A stretch of DNA of 64,000 nucleotides. It comes from an uncultured bacterium. GTDB taxonomy: Bacteria > JAGOEH01. The stretch is taken from NCBI GenBank assembly GCA_964632485.1, contig CAZWDO010000002.1, positions 248,001 through 312,000 of the forward strand. The letters run 5' to 3'. Within the stretch, counting starts at the first letter, position 1; each line of letters begins with the position of its first letter. Below the pieces are notes generated by a model, which saw nothing but the letters and a program-made list of their open reading frames with translations, was not told the origin of the DNA and did not search any database. Made by a program: the position numbers and the translations under genes. Positions 30,895 through 40,134 of the stretch are shown here, one piece after another.

Positions 30895-31485
30895 TTATTT
30901 TTTAATGGGTCCCAGGGGAAGCAACGCTTTTCCATAGACTTCATTAAGGATTTGCGCCAGACAGGCGTAAATTGCTGAAAATCCACAAAGAATTCCTTCA
31001 TAACCGGCGATATGCTTGATTGTTATATTACCGGAAAAATCGGCAATGGCCAACAAAAAAAACAAAATCGTCAGACTGCCAAAAACAAATTGCAATGCGC
31101 GGTTCAGTTTTAGGGTGCCGATAAACATCCCCAGTGTAAACAAGCCCCACAAGGCTAAAAAATAGCCCATTGAAATTGGATCAGCGACTGCCGCTACATT
31201 CCATTTAGGGAGTATCCAAATTGCCACCAAGGCAATCCAAAACGACCCATACCCTGTAAACGCTACTGTTCCGAATGTATTATTTTTTTTCCATTCCATA
31301 ATGCCGACTATCAACTGCGCCAACCCTCCGACAAATAATCCCATCCCCATAATCACGCTGGTTAGCGGTATCAGCCCTGCATTGGCCAGATTTAACAAAA
31401 CCGTTGTCATTCCAAAACCCAGTAAACCCAATGGAGCCGGATTGGCAGTAGTGTCGATAATTTTTATATTCTGAGCATTCTGCAT
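30895..31485 (-). CDS. satP: Acetate uptake transporter (SatP/YaaH, GPR1/FUN34 family)
   Basis: [15 protein letters not shown] signature, NTFG.VAF..YG.FW. Start placed after AAGGAG. Confidence 0.92.
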   Translation of the reverse strand: MQNAQNIKIIDTTANPAPLGLLGFGMTTVLLNLANAGLIPLTSVIMGMGLFVGGLAQLIVGIMEWKKNNTFGTVAFTGYGSFWIALVAIWILPKWNVAAVADPISMGYFLALWGLFTLGMFIGTLKLNRALQFVFGSLTILFFLLAIADFSGNITIKHIAGYEGILCGFSAIYACLAQILNEVYGKALLPLGPIKK

Positions 31486-31528
31486 AAATGATTCTCCTTT
31501 CAAGAAAATCGTAAAAAAATTGATCTCT

Positions 31529-31557
31529 ATGATAATAAAAATTATGGAAATTGTCAA
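31529..31557 (-). promoter_or_regulatory. Sigma70-type promoter for satP-gldA
   Basis: Minus strand TTGACA-17 bp-TATCAT. Confidence 0.6.
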
Positions 31558-32119
31558 TACCAATTCATCATTTTGCCGCGCATCCGCGGTAAGAATTTTT
31601 TTCTTGAATGTAAGGATGCTACTTTATAACGACTCATCGAACGCTCTGTGAAATCTCATTTTTTTTATTCTCTTCTTGAATTTAAAAAATTTTAGTTTGG
31701 TAATTTATATAAAAACAGTTCATATTTCTATTCAAAAACTGAATTACTTCAAATCTGATATAACAGATGATTTACAATATACACATACAATTATTATAAT
31801 ATTTATCCCCGATAATGTCAACATTATTTGGAAAAAAATTATTTATTGACAAAATGATAAAAAGTACTATATTATTAAAAACTAAAGATCTGATAAAGTA
31901 AGTGATGTGAACGTTCTATATCCCAGATTGGCAATAATATTTTTTAGGACGCTGAATCATCTTGCTGATATCTTTTCCCGATACTCTGATTCTTCAGCTT
32001 TTGCCGGATAGGACAAATTTTAATGAATTTTGAGTAGTGCCGCGCAAACAAAGTGGACAAATTTGTTTCAAAATGTCTCTTTAAAATTGGGTTTTAACCC
32101 TTAAAGAAAGGATGGAACG

Positions 32120-32407
32120 ATGGTATCTTTTTTCACAGTTTTGTCAATTATTTTGATTTTGTATTCAATCATTGTTTTATTTTTGCTATTTGGATCAAAA
32201 ATTAAAGTTACTGAAAAACAACGCTTCTGGATCATGTTAGTTTATTCGATTTATTTTATAGTATGGGGAATCATGCAGATATATATTGGGATTCAGCGCG
32301 AACAAATTTATTTAATGGTGTTGGGGTTTTTCTTTGGAGCCAGTGGAACCGGCCATTTAGTAATCCTTATAAAAAACGCTCGTAAGCGTGGCTGTCGGTA
32401 TCCATGA
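32120..32407 (+). CDS. Small three-TM membrane protein
   Basis: Three hydrophobic segments and a basic tail; ATGA overlap with the kinase gene. Confidence 0.6.
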   Translation: MVSFFTVLSIILILYSIIVLFLLFGSKIKVTEKQRFWIMLVYSIYFIVWGIMQIYIGIQREQIYLMVLGFFFGASGTGHLVILIKNARKRGCRYP

Positions 32408-34578
32408 TGAATAGTTTGCCCCAGACGATTCTAATAGTCGAAGATGAGGTTCTCATTGCCCGAGCTCAAACGATTTTTCTAAAAAAGGAAGGATTTGAAA
32501 TCATCCATGTAACGAGTGGGGAACAAGCGCTGAAAATTGTCGATAACCAGTTTGAATCCATAAATTTAATACTGATGGATATCAACCTGGGGAGTGGAAT
32601 TGATGGCATCGAGACATCGCAAGAAATTCTTAAGCATCATTGTATCCCTATTCTTTTCCTTTCCTCGCATACTGAAAAAGAAGTTGTGGAACGTACCGGG
32701 AAAGTTACATCTTATGGTTATGTCGTAAAAAATTCGGGGAATAGGGTGTTATTAGCATCCATTAAAATGGCTTTTAAACTTTTTAATGCTCATTTGGAAC
32801 TCGAATTGAAAAAGCGGGAATTACAGCGGATTGAAGAAAGAAATGAGGCGATCATTAATGCTATCCCCGATCTGTTATTCATTTTAGACCGGCAAGGTGT
32901 TTTTATTGATTGTCGAACCCGCTATCCCCGGGAACTATTTGCGCCTTTTGAGTCTTTTATCGGCAAGGGTGTGTCCGAGGTTATGCCTGAAGAGATTGCC
33001 CGTTTAAGTCAGGAAAAAATCCGTATGGCGCTGGATACCTCTCAGACCCAAGTCTATCACTATTCCTTGGCGATACAAAATACGATCCGCCAATATGAGT
33101 CTCGCATGGTTCCTTACAGTCAGAATGAAGTTTTGGCGATTGTCCGTGATATTACTGAATCCATTCGGGCTGAACGGGATTTGCGTGAAAATGAAAAAAA
33201 ATACCGGGATTTATTCAATAATTTACGTGATGCAGTTGGTGTTGTTGATTTGCAGGGACACTATATTGATGCTAACCCGGTTTATCTGGAAATTCTGGGT
33301 TATAGGCTTGAAGAACTAAAACAACTGGATTATCAGCATCTGACGCCTCTAAAATGGGAAAATGAAGAAAAAAAATATGTTGACCAAATCCTCAATCAGG
33401 GGTACTCCAATATTTATGAAAAGGAGTATATCCGTAAAGATGGCTCTGTTTTTCCAGTGGAATTGCGCTCTTATCTGATCCGTGATTTGGATGAAAAACC
33501 TGTAGGGATGGTAGGAATTGCCCGGGATATCACCGATAGGAAAAAAGTTGAAAATGATTTGCAGAAAAGTGAAAAATTATATCGTTTGCTCGCTCAAAAT
33601 GCGGCTGATGTGATTTGGATTCTGGACACAGAGAATTTCCGATTTCGCTATATTAGCCCATCAATTGAACGGCTGCGAGGTTATACCGCCGAAGAAATCA
33701 TGGCCAAGGATCTTGATTCCTTGACCGATGAGAAAACCATGGAATACATTCATCAAAAAATGCCTCAACGCGTCAGGGAGTTTCAAGAGGGACTCATTAA
33801 AGTTTATATTGATGAAATCCGGCAGAAACACCGCGATGGAAGTTGGATTTGGACGGAAGTTAAAACTCATTTTATTATCAATGAGGATAGCGGACACCTT
33901 GAAATTTACGGGATATCCCGCAATATCGATGAACGGAAACAGGCAGAAAAATCTCAAAAGCAATTATTGGATGAGAAGGATGTTTTATTACGTGAATTGC
34001 AACATCGGGTGAAAAACAATCTCAATGTTGTTTATAGTTTATTAGGCCTTGAAATTCGACGTTTAAAAGATGATGATGCCAAGGCTATTTTTTTGGACGC
34101 CCAATCCCGGATTCAGGCAATGTCGAAGATTTATGAAAAGCTTTATCAGTCAAATAATCTGGAATTGCTTGAATTATCTTCCTATATCAAGGATTTTGCG
34201 CGATCGGTTTTTAATTTGTATCTATTGAATTCCAAATTCATTCAATTGCAGATGCAGATTGAAGATATTAAACTGGACCTCAAACGAGCAGTTCCGCTGG
34301 GTTTGATCCTGAATGAACTTTTGTCAAATTCCTTAAAACACGCCTTCCCCAATAATCAAGCCGGTATGATTTCCATCAGCTTAGGCTTGTATGAGGATCA
34401 ACTCCAATTGATCGTGGAAGATAATGGGATGGGATTACCCCGGGATTTCAATGTTGAAACAGTATCCAGCATGGGATTTCAATTGGTACGGATTTTAGCG
34501 CAGCAGCTTGATGCAAGTTTTTCCATATCAGCCAATACTCCCCAAGGGTCTGTTTTTCGTATTTCATTTAAGGTGTGA
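32404..34578 (+). CDS. Hybrid sensor kinase: REC - 3xPAS - HisKA_2 - HATPase
   Basis: ILIVEDE..LMDINL receiver; three PAS/PAC units ending RDIT/RDIT/RNID; ELQHRVKNNL; NELLSNSLKHAF; DNGMG. Confidence 0.9.
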   Translation: MMNSLPQTILIVEDEVLIARAQTIFLKKEGFEIIHVTSGEQALKIVDNQFESINLILMDINLGSGIDGIETSQEILKHHCIPILFLSSHTEKEVVERTGKVTSYGYVVKNSGNRVLLASIKMAFKLFNAHLELELKKRELQRIEERNEAIINAIPDLLFILDRQGVFIDCRTRYPRELFAPFESFIGKGVSEVMPEEIARLSQEKIRMALDTSQTQVYHYSLAIQNTIRQYESRMVPYSQNEVLAIVRDITESIRAERDLRENEKKYRDLFNNLRDAVGVVDLQGHYIDANPVYLEILGYRLEELKQLDYQHLTPLKWENEEKKYVDQILNQGYSNIYEKEYIRKDGSVFPVELRSYLIRDLDEKPVGMVGIARDITDRKKVENDLQKSEKLYRLLAQNAADVIWILDTENFRFRYISPSIERLRGYTAEEIMAKDLDSLTDEKTMEYIHQKMPQRVREFQEGLIKVYIDEIRQKHRDGSWIWTEVKTHFIINEDSGHLEIYGISRNIDERKQAEKSQKQLLDEKDVLLRELQHRVKNNLNVVYSLLGLEIRRLKDDDAKAIFLDAQSRIQAMSKIYEKLYQSNNLELLELSSYIKDFARSVFNLYLLNSKFIQLQMQIEDIKLDLKRAVPLGLILNELLSNSLKHAFPNNQAGMISISLGLYEDQLQLIVEDNGMGLPRDFNVETVSSMGFQLVRILAQQLDASFSISANTPQGSVFRISFKV

Positions 34579-34635
34579 GTTGAATGCCACTATGGATTAA
34601 AATTAGTGAAATGATTTATTAACAAGGAGTTTGCG

Positions 34636-36720
34636 ATGAAAATTGTCCAGTTGATTGGATGGCTGATGATTCTATCCATTTCCATGAGTTTTGCGCAAAC
34701 TACGCAAACTGCGCAAAAAAATACTATTCAGTCTCCTTCAAAAAAAATTGAACTATCTTTTTTCTTGTCTTCCAACCGCGCGGCTGCTTATCGGGTTGTA
34801 TATAATACTAATGTGGTGGTTGATACATCCACCCTGGGATTCGATTTTCAAAATGCGCCACCCCTTCAAAATGATTTAAAAATTATTGCCTCGGATATCA
34901 GAAATTTCAATGAAATATGGGAATTGCCTTGGGGTGAGCAGAGGGAGGTGACTAACCAATTTCAGGAACTTACGGCGCAACTCCGTGAAATCCCACCTCC
35001 ACATCGAATGTTCAATTTAATATTTCGCGTCTATGATGACGGTATTGCCTTTCGATATGAGTTTCTCCAGCAGCAAGGGATGAAAGATGTGATTATCATG
35101 GACGAAAACAGCCAATTCAAGCTGACGGGTGATCATACTTGCTGGTGGATCCCGGGAGATTGGGATATTTATGAGCATTTATATAATATAACCCGGTTTT
35201 CCCAAATTGATGCCCTTTCCAAACGCAGTCATGATAATCTGGCTCAGACCTACATTCCTGAAAACGCTGTCAATACGCCGCTAACCATGCGGACCACGAA
35301 CGGATTACATTTATGTTTTCATGAAGCAAATTTAACTGACTATGCCGGAATGACATTGAAAATTGATCCCGAAAATTTTGCGCTGCAAAGCGAACTGGTC
35401 GGTTCCGATCGACTTGGGTATAAAGTGAAGCGTTCATTACCGTTTAAGACGCCCTGGCGGGTTGTCATCATTGCCGAAAAGGCTACGGATCTCATTACCT
35501 CCAAAATTATTTTGAACTTGAATGAACCCAATCAACTGGGAGATGTTAGTTGGTTTAAACCGACTAAATATACCGGCATCTGGTGGGAAATGCATCTGGG
35601 AAAATCGAGCTGGGATATGGCCAGCGGGAAACATGGCGCCACAACAGAAAACGCCAAAAAACTGATCGACTTCAGCGCGGCCAATGGCATCGGCGCTATG
35701 CTGGTGGAGGGTTGGAATACCGGCTGGGAAAATTGGATCGGGTTTGAAGACCGAGAAGGGGTATTCGATTTCGTAACTCCTTATCCGGATTATAATTTAC
35801 AGGAAGTTGTCCGCTATGGTAAGGAAAAAGGCGTTGAACTGATCATGCATCATGAAACCTCAGCCGCCCCCCGAACCTATGAACAGCAACTGGATACTGC
35901 TTTCTCATTAATGAAAAATCTTGGTATTCATACCGTCAAAACTGGGTACGTGGGCAAAATTATCCCCAAGGGGGAATACCACCACGGTCAATGGATGGTC
36001 AATCATTATCAAAAAGTGGTAGCGACGGCAGCAAAATACCAGATAGCGGTCAATGCCCATGAACCCATCAAGGATAGCGGTATCCGCCGTACCTGGCCCA
36101 ATTTTGTATCCCGTGAAGGACTGCGGGGTCAAGAGTTCAATGCCTGGTCTTCCGATGGCGGCAATCCTCCGGAACATCTATCGATTATCGCTTTCACCCG
36201 CATGGTGGCGGGACCCATTGATTACACTCCGGGAATTTTTAACATCAAACTTAAACCCTATAAGGAAAATAACCAGGTTAATACAACCTTAGCTCAACAA
36301 TTGGCCCTGTATGTCGTAATATACAGCCCTATCCAAATGGTTCCGGATTTAATCGAGAATTATGAGAATCAACCAGGATTTCAATTTGTGCGCGATGTTG
36401 GTGTGGATTGGGAAAAAACAGTAGTCATTGCCGGTGAAGTCGGCGAGTATGTGGCGATTGCCCGTCAAGAACGTGAAACCGGCCATTGGTTCCTGGGAGC
36501 TATTACTAATGAGAATCCACGCGATTTAACCATTAGTTTTGATTTTCTGGAAAAAAATAAAACCTATCAAACCCGCATTTATAAAGATGCGCCGCAGGCT
36601 CACTGGAATGATAACCCTGTCGATTTAAAAATTGAAGAGGCGCTCTTTCACTCAGACACGACATTGACATTTCACCTCGCGCCTGGAGGCGGTCTGGCTG
36701 TCAGCCTGAAACTCCATTAG
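34636..36720 (+). CDS. Glycoside hydrolase family 97 (SusB-like alpha-glucosidase)
   Basis: Signal peptide; TPWR, GIWWEMH, LVEGWN, MHHET, KTGYV, HEPIK, REGLRGQE, GPIDYTPG. Confidence 0.93.
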   Translation: MKIVQLIGWLMILSISMSFAQTTQTAQKNTIQSPSKKIELSFFLSSNRAAAYRVVYNTNVVVDTSTLGFDFQNAPPLQNDLKIIASDIRNFNEIWELPWGEQREVTNQFQELTAQLREIPPPHRMFNLIFRVYDDGIAFRYEFLQQQGMKDVIIMDENSQFKLTGDHTCWWIPGDWDIYEHLYNITRFSQIDALSKRSHDNLAQTYIPENAVNTPLTMRTTNGLHLCFHEANLTDYAGMTLKIDPENFALQSELVGSDRLGYKVKRSLPFKTPWRVVIIAEKATDLITSKIILNLNEPNQLGDVSWFKPTKYTGIWWEMHLGKSSWDMASGKHGATTENAKKLIDFSAANGIGAMLVEGWNTGWENWIGFEDREGVFDFVTPYPDYNLQEVVRYGKEKGVELIMHHETSAAPRTYEQQLDTAFSLMKNLGIHTVKTGYVGKIIPKGEYHHGQWMVNHYQKVVATAAKYQIAVNAHEPIKDSGIRRTWPNFVSREGLRGQEFNAWSSDGGNPPEHLSIIAFTRMVAGPIDYTPGIFNIKLKPYKENNQVNTTLAQQLALYVVIYSPIQMVPDLIENYENQPGFQFVRDVGVDWEKTVVIAGEVGEYVAIARQERETGHWFLGAITNENPRDLTISFDFLEKNKTYQTRIYKDAPQAHWNDNPVDLKIEEALFHSDTTLTFHLAPGGGLAVSLKLH

Positions 36721-36730
36721 AGGTTTATGA

Positions 36731-37243
36731 ATGATAAAAGCAGTTTTTTGGGCCACTGGGATTTTTTTAGTGGCTATGAGCTTGTGGGTCTACAACACCT
36801 CCCAATCGATTTGGGAGGTTCCCATCGCGCAAAGGAGTTGGATCAAGCTTGATGCTCAAATTATTCGGATTGATATAGTTCCCAGCTATGCGGGGGAAAT
36901 TTACCGCGCTATAAATGTGACATATCGCTATAAATTAAATAAAAAGGATTGGGAGGGGAATGCATTTTGGCCGACCCGGCAGCTTGATCAATTCAGAGTG
37001 AAGGATTATATTGAAAAATTGCCCTCACATCATGAGATTTATGTGAATCCGAAAAATTTTGCCGAGAGCGTCATGTTTCGGGAAAGCATTTTTCGCGCCT
37101 ATGCTCTCATCGGATCGCTAATAATTGCTGCTATTATGGGATTTGTCTTGATTGTCAGTGGATTTACTATTACCAGGTTCTATTTGTTTCCCGGTTCGAT
37201 TTTATTGATTTCCTTTAGCATAGCGCGAGCTTTTTCTGCATAA
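36731..37243 (+). CDS. DUF3592-like membrane protein
   Basis: TM, then W..A.I..VTYRY..IYVNP.N..ESV, then TM. Confidence 0.6.
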   Translation: MIKAVFWATGIFLVAMSLWVYNTSQSIWEVPIAQRSWIKLDAQIIRIDIVPSYAGEIYRAINVTYRYKLNKKDWEGNAFWPTRQLDQFRVKDYIEKLPSHHEIYVNPKNFAESVMFRESIFRAYALIGSLIIAAIMGFVLIVSGFTITRFYLFPGSILLISFSIARAFSA

Positions 37244-38340
37244 GTCGATGTTTCATTCAACTTGATGAGCGATCGTAGTTCTTTTCTAGCGGCATCGAAC
37301 ATCAATTCACCGAAATAGATTTTAGCGCGTTCCAGAAATTCAACCTGTTGTTCCAGCAGGATATTCAATGAATCCGCTACATTTTTTTCATTGCGGACCG
37401 GTTCTACTATCTCTTCTTCAACCACCGGGGCTTCCTTGTAAACAATTTTTGTCCGTTCTACGGTACGGATTTTGGGCGGATAGTGAGGGGGCGAAGCGGG
37501 ATTTGGCAGCATGATTTGACACGTAATCATAAATCTGTCGATTTTTTTCAGTTCACGGTGATAGCTCAGGGACATCCATAATTGGAGCCGATATATTCGA
37601 TAATTATTGCGGTCGCGTGGGGAAAATTTAAAATTTTCAGCATAAAGTTTGAGCCCGCAACCGATGGGAATGATGGTTTTTTGATAGGCGCCAAGTAAAA
37701 CAACCCGTTGACTGACAGGCGCTTCAACACTGACTGAAAAATCGGGTGTCCGCTTGAATAAGCCGTCCCAACGAGTTCCCAGGCTGATCTTGTATCGTCT
37801 CCTCAAGGATACTGCCAGAGCCGCATCCAGTTCAGTCGGCAATACTGATTTATCCATCATGTTGCGTACCCATATTCCTGAAGTGAAATAATTGTTAATC
37901 AACCAGATCAACCCTCCATCCAGGTTCCAGTCATCCGTGTTGGAGGCGGGAAAGTGGTGGTAATGAACGGTGGCGCCGTATTTCAACCGATTGATTAAGG
38001 TACCGCCGCCAGCTAATCGATATTCCCGGTCAATTTCAGAACGAGTAACAGAAAAACCCATATTTATTGACGATGGATATTTTGATGAAAACAGATTCTT
38101 GCGGCCGAGAAAAACTGCGCCGGTTATGGTTTCATAATGGTAAAACTCAGAGGATGTGATCTGCATATCCATATAGGGGCGGCGAATAAAATAGAGTCCC
38201 GCCGGATTATTCTGAGCGGCGGAAGCATCGTCAACCAAGGCGCAAAATCCGTTTTGATGGATCAATGAACGGACTGATTCCGCAGATAATGAAAGATTCA
38301 GGATAATGAGAATGACGAACGTCCATTGGAGCTTATTCAT
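37180..38340 (-). CDS. Putative outer-membrane beta-barrel (PorV/FadL/TraF-like) with Pro-rich linker and C-terminal TPR-like helices
   Basis: Signal peptide then SVRSL..F.A..DDASA..NPAGL, amphipathic strands, PNPASPPHYPP linker, helical tail. Confidence 0.6.
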   Translation of the reverse strand: MNKLQWTFVILIILNLSLSAESVRSLIHQNGFCALVDDASAAQNNPAGLYFIRRPYMDMQITSSEFYHYETITGAVFLGRKNLFSSKYPSSINMGFSVTRSEIDREYRLAGGGTLINRLKYGATVHYHHFPASNTDDWNLDGGLIWLINNYFTSGIWVRNMMDKSVLPTELDAALAVSLRRRYKISLGTRWDGLFKRTPDFSVSVEAPVSQRVVLLGAYQKTIIPIGCGLKLYAENFKFSPRDRNNYRIYRLQLWMSLSYHRELKKIDRFMITCQIMLPNPASPPHYPPKIRTVERTKIVYKEAPVVEEEIVEPVRNEKNVADSLNILLEQQVEFLERAKIYFGELMFDAARKELRSLIKLNETSTYAEKARAMLKEINKIEPGNK

Positions 38341-39646
38341 CTGCAACCACCCGGTTGCGTCCTTGATCTTTGGCGCGGTAAAGCGCCTGATCCGCTTTTT
38401 GAATTAGCTCTTCGCATCTGATGTTGGAAAGTGGGGCGCAGGAAATCCCAATGGAAATTGTTACTTTTAATGGTTTTTTTGAGTGCTGTACGGCAAGATT
38501 TTCCACCGCTTGGCGCATGCGTTCGGCTAATTCTGTGGCCGCTTTTCGGTCAGAATCGGGCAGGATCACTCCAAACTCTTCCCCGCCATAACGTCCCGCG
38601 GTATCGTGCCGGACACGGTTCTTTCGAATCGTGTCGAGAATAGTCCGGGCGACTTCCGCCAGTACTTCATCCCCGACTTGATGTCCGTATGTGTCATTGA
38701 ATGTTTTGAAATGATCGATATCCGTCAATAAAAATGACGTTGGGCGTTTATTCTCATACCCATTCGTTAATTCTTTTTCCAATAAATCCAGAAAATAGCG
38801 CCTAACCATGAGTTTGGTCAACCCATCCTCAGTAGCTTCCCGGTATAAATGCTCATATTTGGTTAATTCTTCAATTAATTGTCCGGCCAAGCGGTTGAAC
38901 GCATCTGCCAACCGTCCGTATTCATCATGACGGCCAATTTTAATACGGTAAGATAAATCCTTGAAAATTTGCCCGACTCCTTTATCCAGTTTCTGAATCG
39001 GGTGAATTAAGTAGATTGCAAAAATTAATCCGAAAAGAATACTCAAAAAAATTGGCGCTAAGGAGATTAAAAATCCTTCATATATAATAGTATTGACTTT
39101 TTCCCGGATCGATTTATTCATTAATGCGATTTCAATCCATCCCGCTGATGCTTGAGAATTTTTTTTATCAGTGAGAATTTTGAGCAAACTAACCGTATCC
39201 ATTGATTTTTTCGTTTCATAGGGAGCGCCGGGGATGCGAATAGGTGGAGAGATGCGATCGGAGGAATTGATCGCGAAAAGCCGATAGGGCAGTGTGTCGT
39301 TGATGATGGTTGCGTCGTACTTTACTTCCAATGCATAAGGCATATTTTGTTGATTAGATTGATATACCGTAATGCGGCGCGTGGCTGGATTATCCGCTAA
39401 AAAACGTTTTAAACTGAAAGTCAAATTGAGTATCTGGGGGGAACGCGGGGCAAGCTGCGAAAGATCGGTATGAAAAAAAAGATTCAAATCCCGCTCTAAA
39501 TAACTCAATTGCGCATTGATTCCATCCATCGTTTGACGGTGCAGGACTGGTTCAAATTTTCCGTAGGATATAAAAACAATGGTCGCGCCCAAGGATAATA
39601 CCAGTAATAAAAAAATCAATACGGTAATTTTAATTTTTATACTCAT
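38333..39646 (-). CDS. Membrane-bound HAMP-GGDEF diguanylate cyclase
   Basis: Two TMs, HAMP (DEYGRLADAFN), DGLT, DIDHFKTFNDTYGH, RYGGEEF. Confidence 0.92.
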   Translation of the reverse strand: MSIKIKITVLIFLLLVLSLGATIVFISYGKFEPVLHRQTMDGINAQLSYLERDLNLFFHTDLSQLAPRSPQILNLTFSLKRFLADNPATRRITVYQSNQQNMPYALEVKYDATIINDTLPYRLFAINSSDRISPPIRIPGAPYETKKSMDTVSLLKILTDKKNSQASAGWIEIALMNKSIREKVNTIIYEGFLISLAPIFLSILFGLIFAIYLIHPIQKLDKGVGQIFKDLSYRIKIGRHDEYGRLADAFNRLAGQLIEELTKYEHLYREATEDGLTKLMVRRYFLDLLEKELTNGYENKRPTSFLLTDIDHFKTFNDTYGHQVGDEVLAEVARTILDTIRKNRVRHDTAGRYGGEEFGVILPDSDRKAATELAERMRQAVENLAVQHSKKPLKVTISIGISCAPLSNIRCEELIQKADQALYRAKDQGRNRVVADE

Positions 39647-39811
39647 TATTAGTAATATAACCGGATTTAAAATAAAATCAACATTTAAAATAAAAATAAT
39701 TTGAAGATCGATTTAAAACGCCAATTGTTAGATTTGAATATTAATTTATGGAAAATTTTGGACGAAGTGTGAATCGCGGTAAAAATTAATATAAAAGTTG
39801 AAAAATTTAGC

Positions 39812-39840
39812 TTGACTTATTTCTTTTTTTTGAGTATTAT
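39812..39840 (+). promoter_or_regulatory. Sigma70-type promoter of the trp operon
   Basis: TTGACT-17 bp-TATTAT, about 40 nt upstream of the leader ATG. Confidence 0.7.
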
Positions 39841-39879
39841 ATTATTGAAATTTGAATGAAGGTCAAAAAAGGAGAAGAA

Positions 39880-40008
39880 ATGAGCCTGCAACTTTCGTCT
39901 GATACTCTAAAATTTTTTAATAATCCACTAAAAATTGAGTATTTATCCGAATGCTGTAGTGTTAATTATTCTTTATGTTGCAATTGGTGGCGGTGGACCG
40001 GCGTGTAG
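39880..40008 (+). CDS. trpL: trp operon leader peptide, 42 aa (MSLQLSSDTLKFFNNPLKIEYLSECCSVNYSLCCNWWRWTGV)
   Basis: Translated by hand. AAGGAG RBS, TGG TGG CGG TGG near the 3' end, directly upstream of attenuator hairpins and trpE. Not in the ORF track. Confidence 0.88.
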   Translation: MSLQLSSDTLKFFNNPLKIEYLSECCSVNYSLCCNWWRWTGV

Positions 40009-40031
40009 CTGTCCGCTGTTTCAGAATATAT

Positions 40032-40065
40032 AAGGCTGTGGATGGTTACTATCCACAGCCTTTTT
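40032..40065 (+). terminator. trp attenuator hairpin 1
   Basis: AAGGCTGTGGAT / ATCCACAGCCTT inverted repeat with a T5 tract. Confidence 0.8.
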
Positions 40066-40072
40066 GGTTTAC

Positions 40073-40107
40073 AAAGGCTGTGTACGAGATACACAGCCTT
40101 TTTTTTT
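40073..40107 (+). terminator. trp attenuator hairpin 2 (intrinsic terminator)
   Basis: AAAGGCTGTGTA / TACACAGCCTTT inverted repeat with a T9 tract. Confidence 0.88.
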
Positions 40108-40134
40108 GCTCTCAACCCAAAAAAGGAAAAAACC

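Noticed and set aside
31925-32005. c-di-GMP-I riboswitch (GGCAA..GGACGC..TTGCC resemblance)
   Set aside because: It lacks the P2 stem with GNRA loop and the GCAAA after GAC; kept only as a generic stem.
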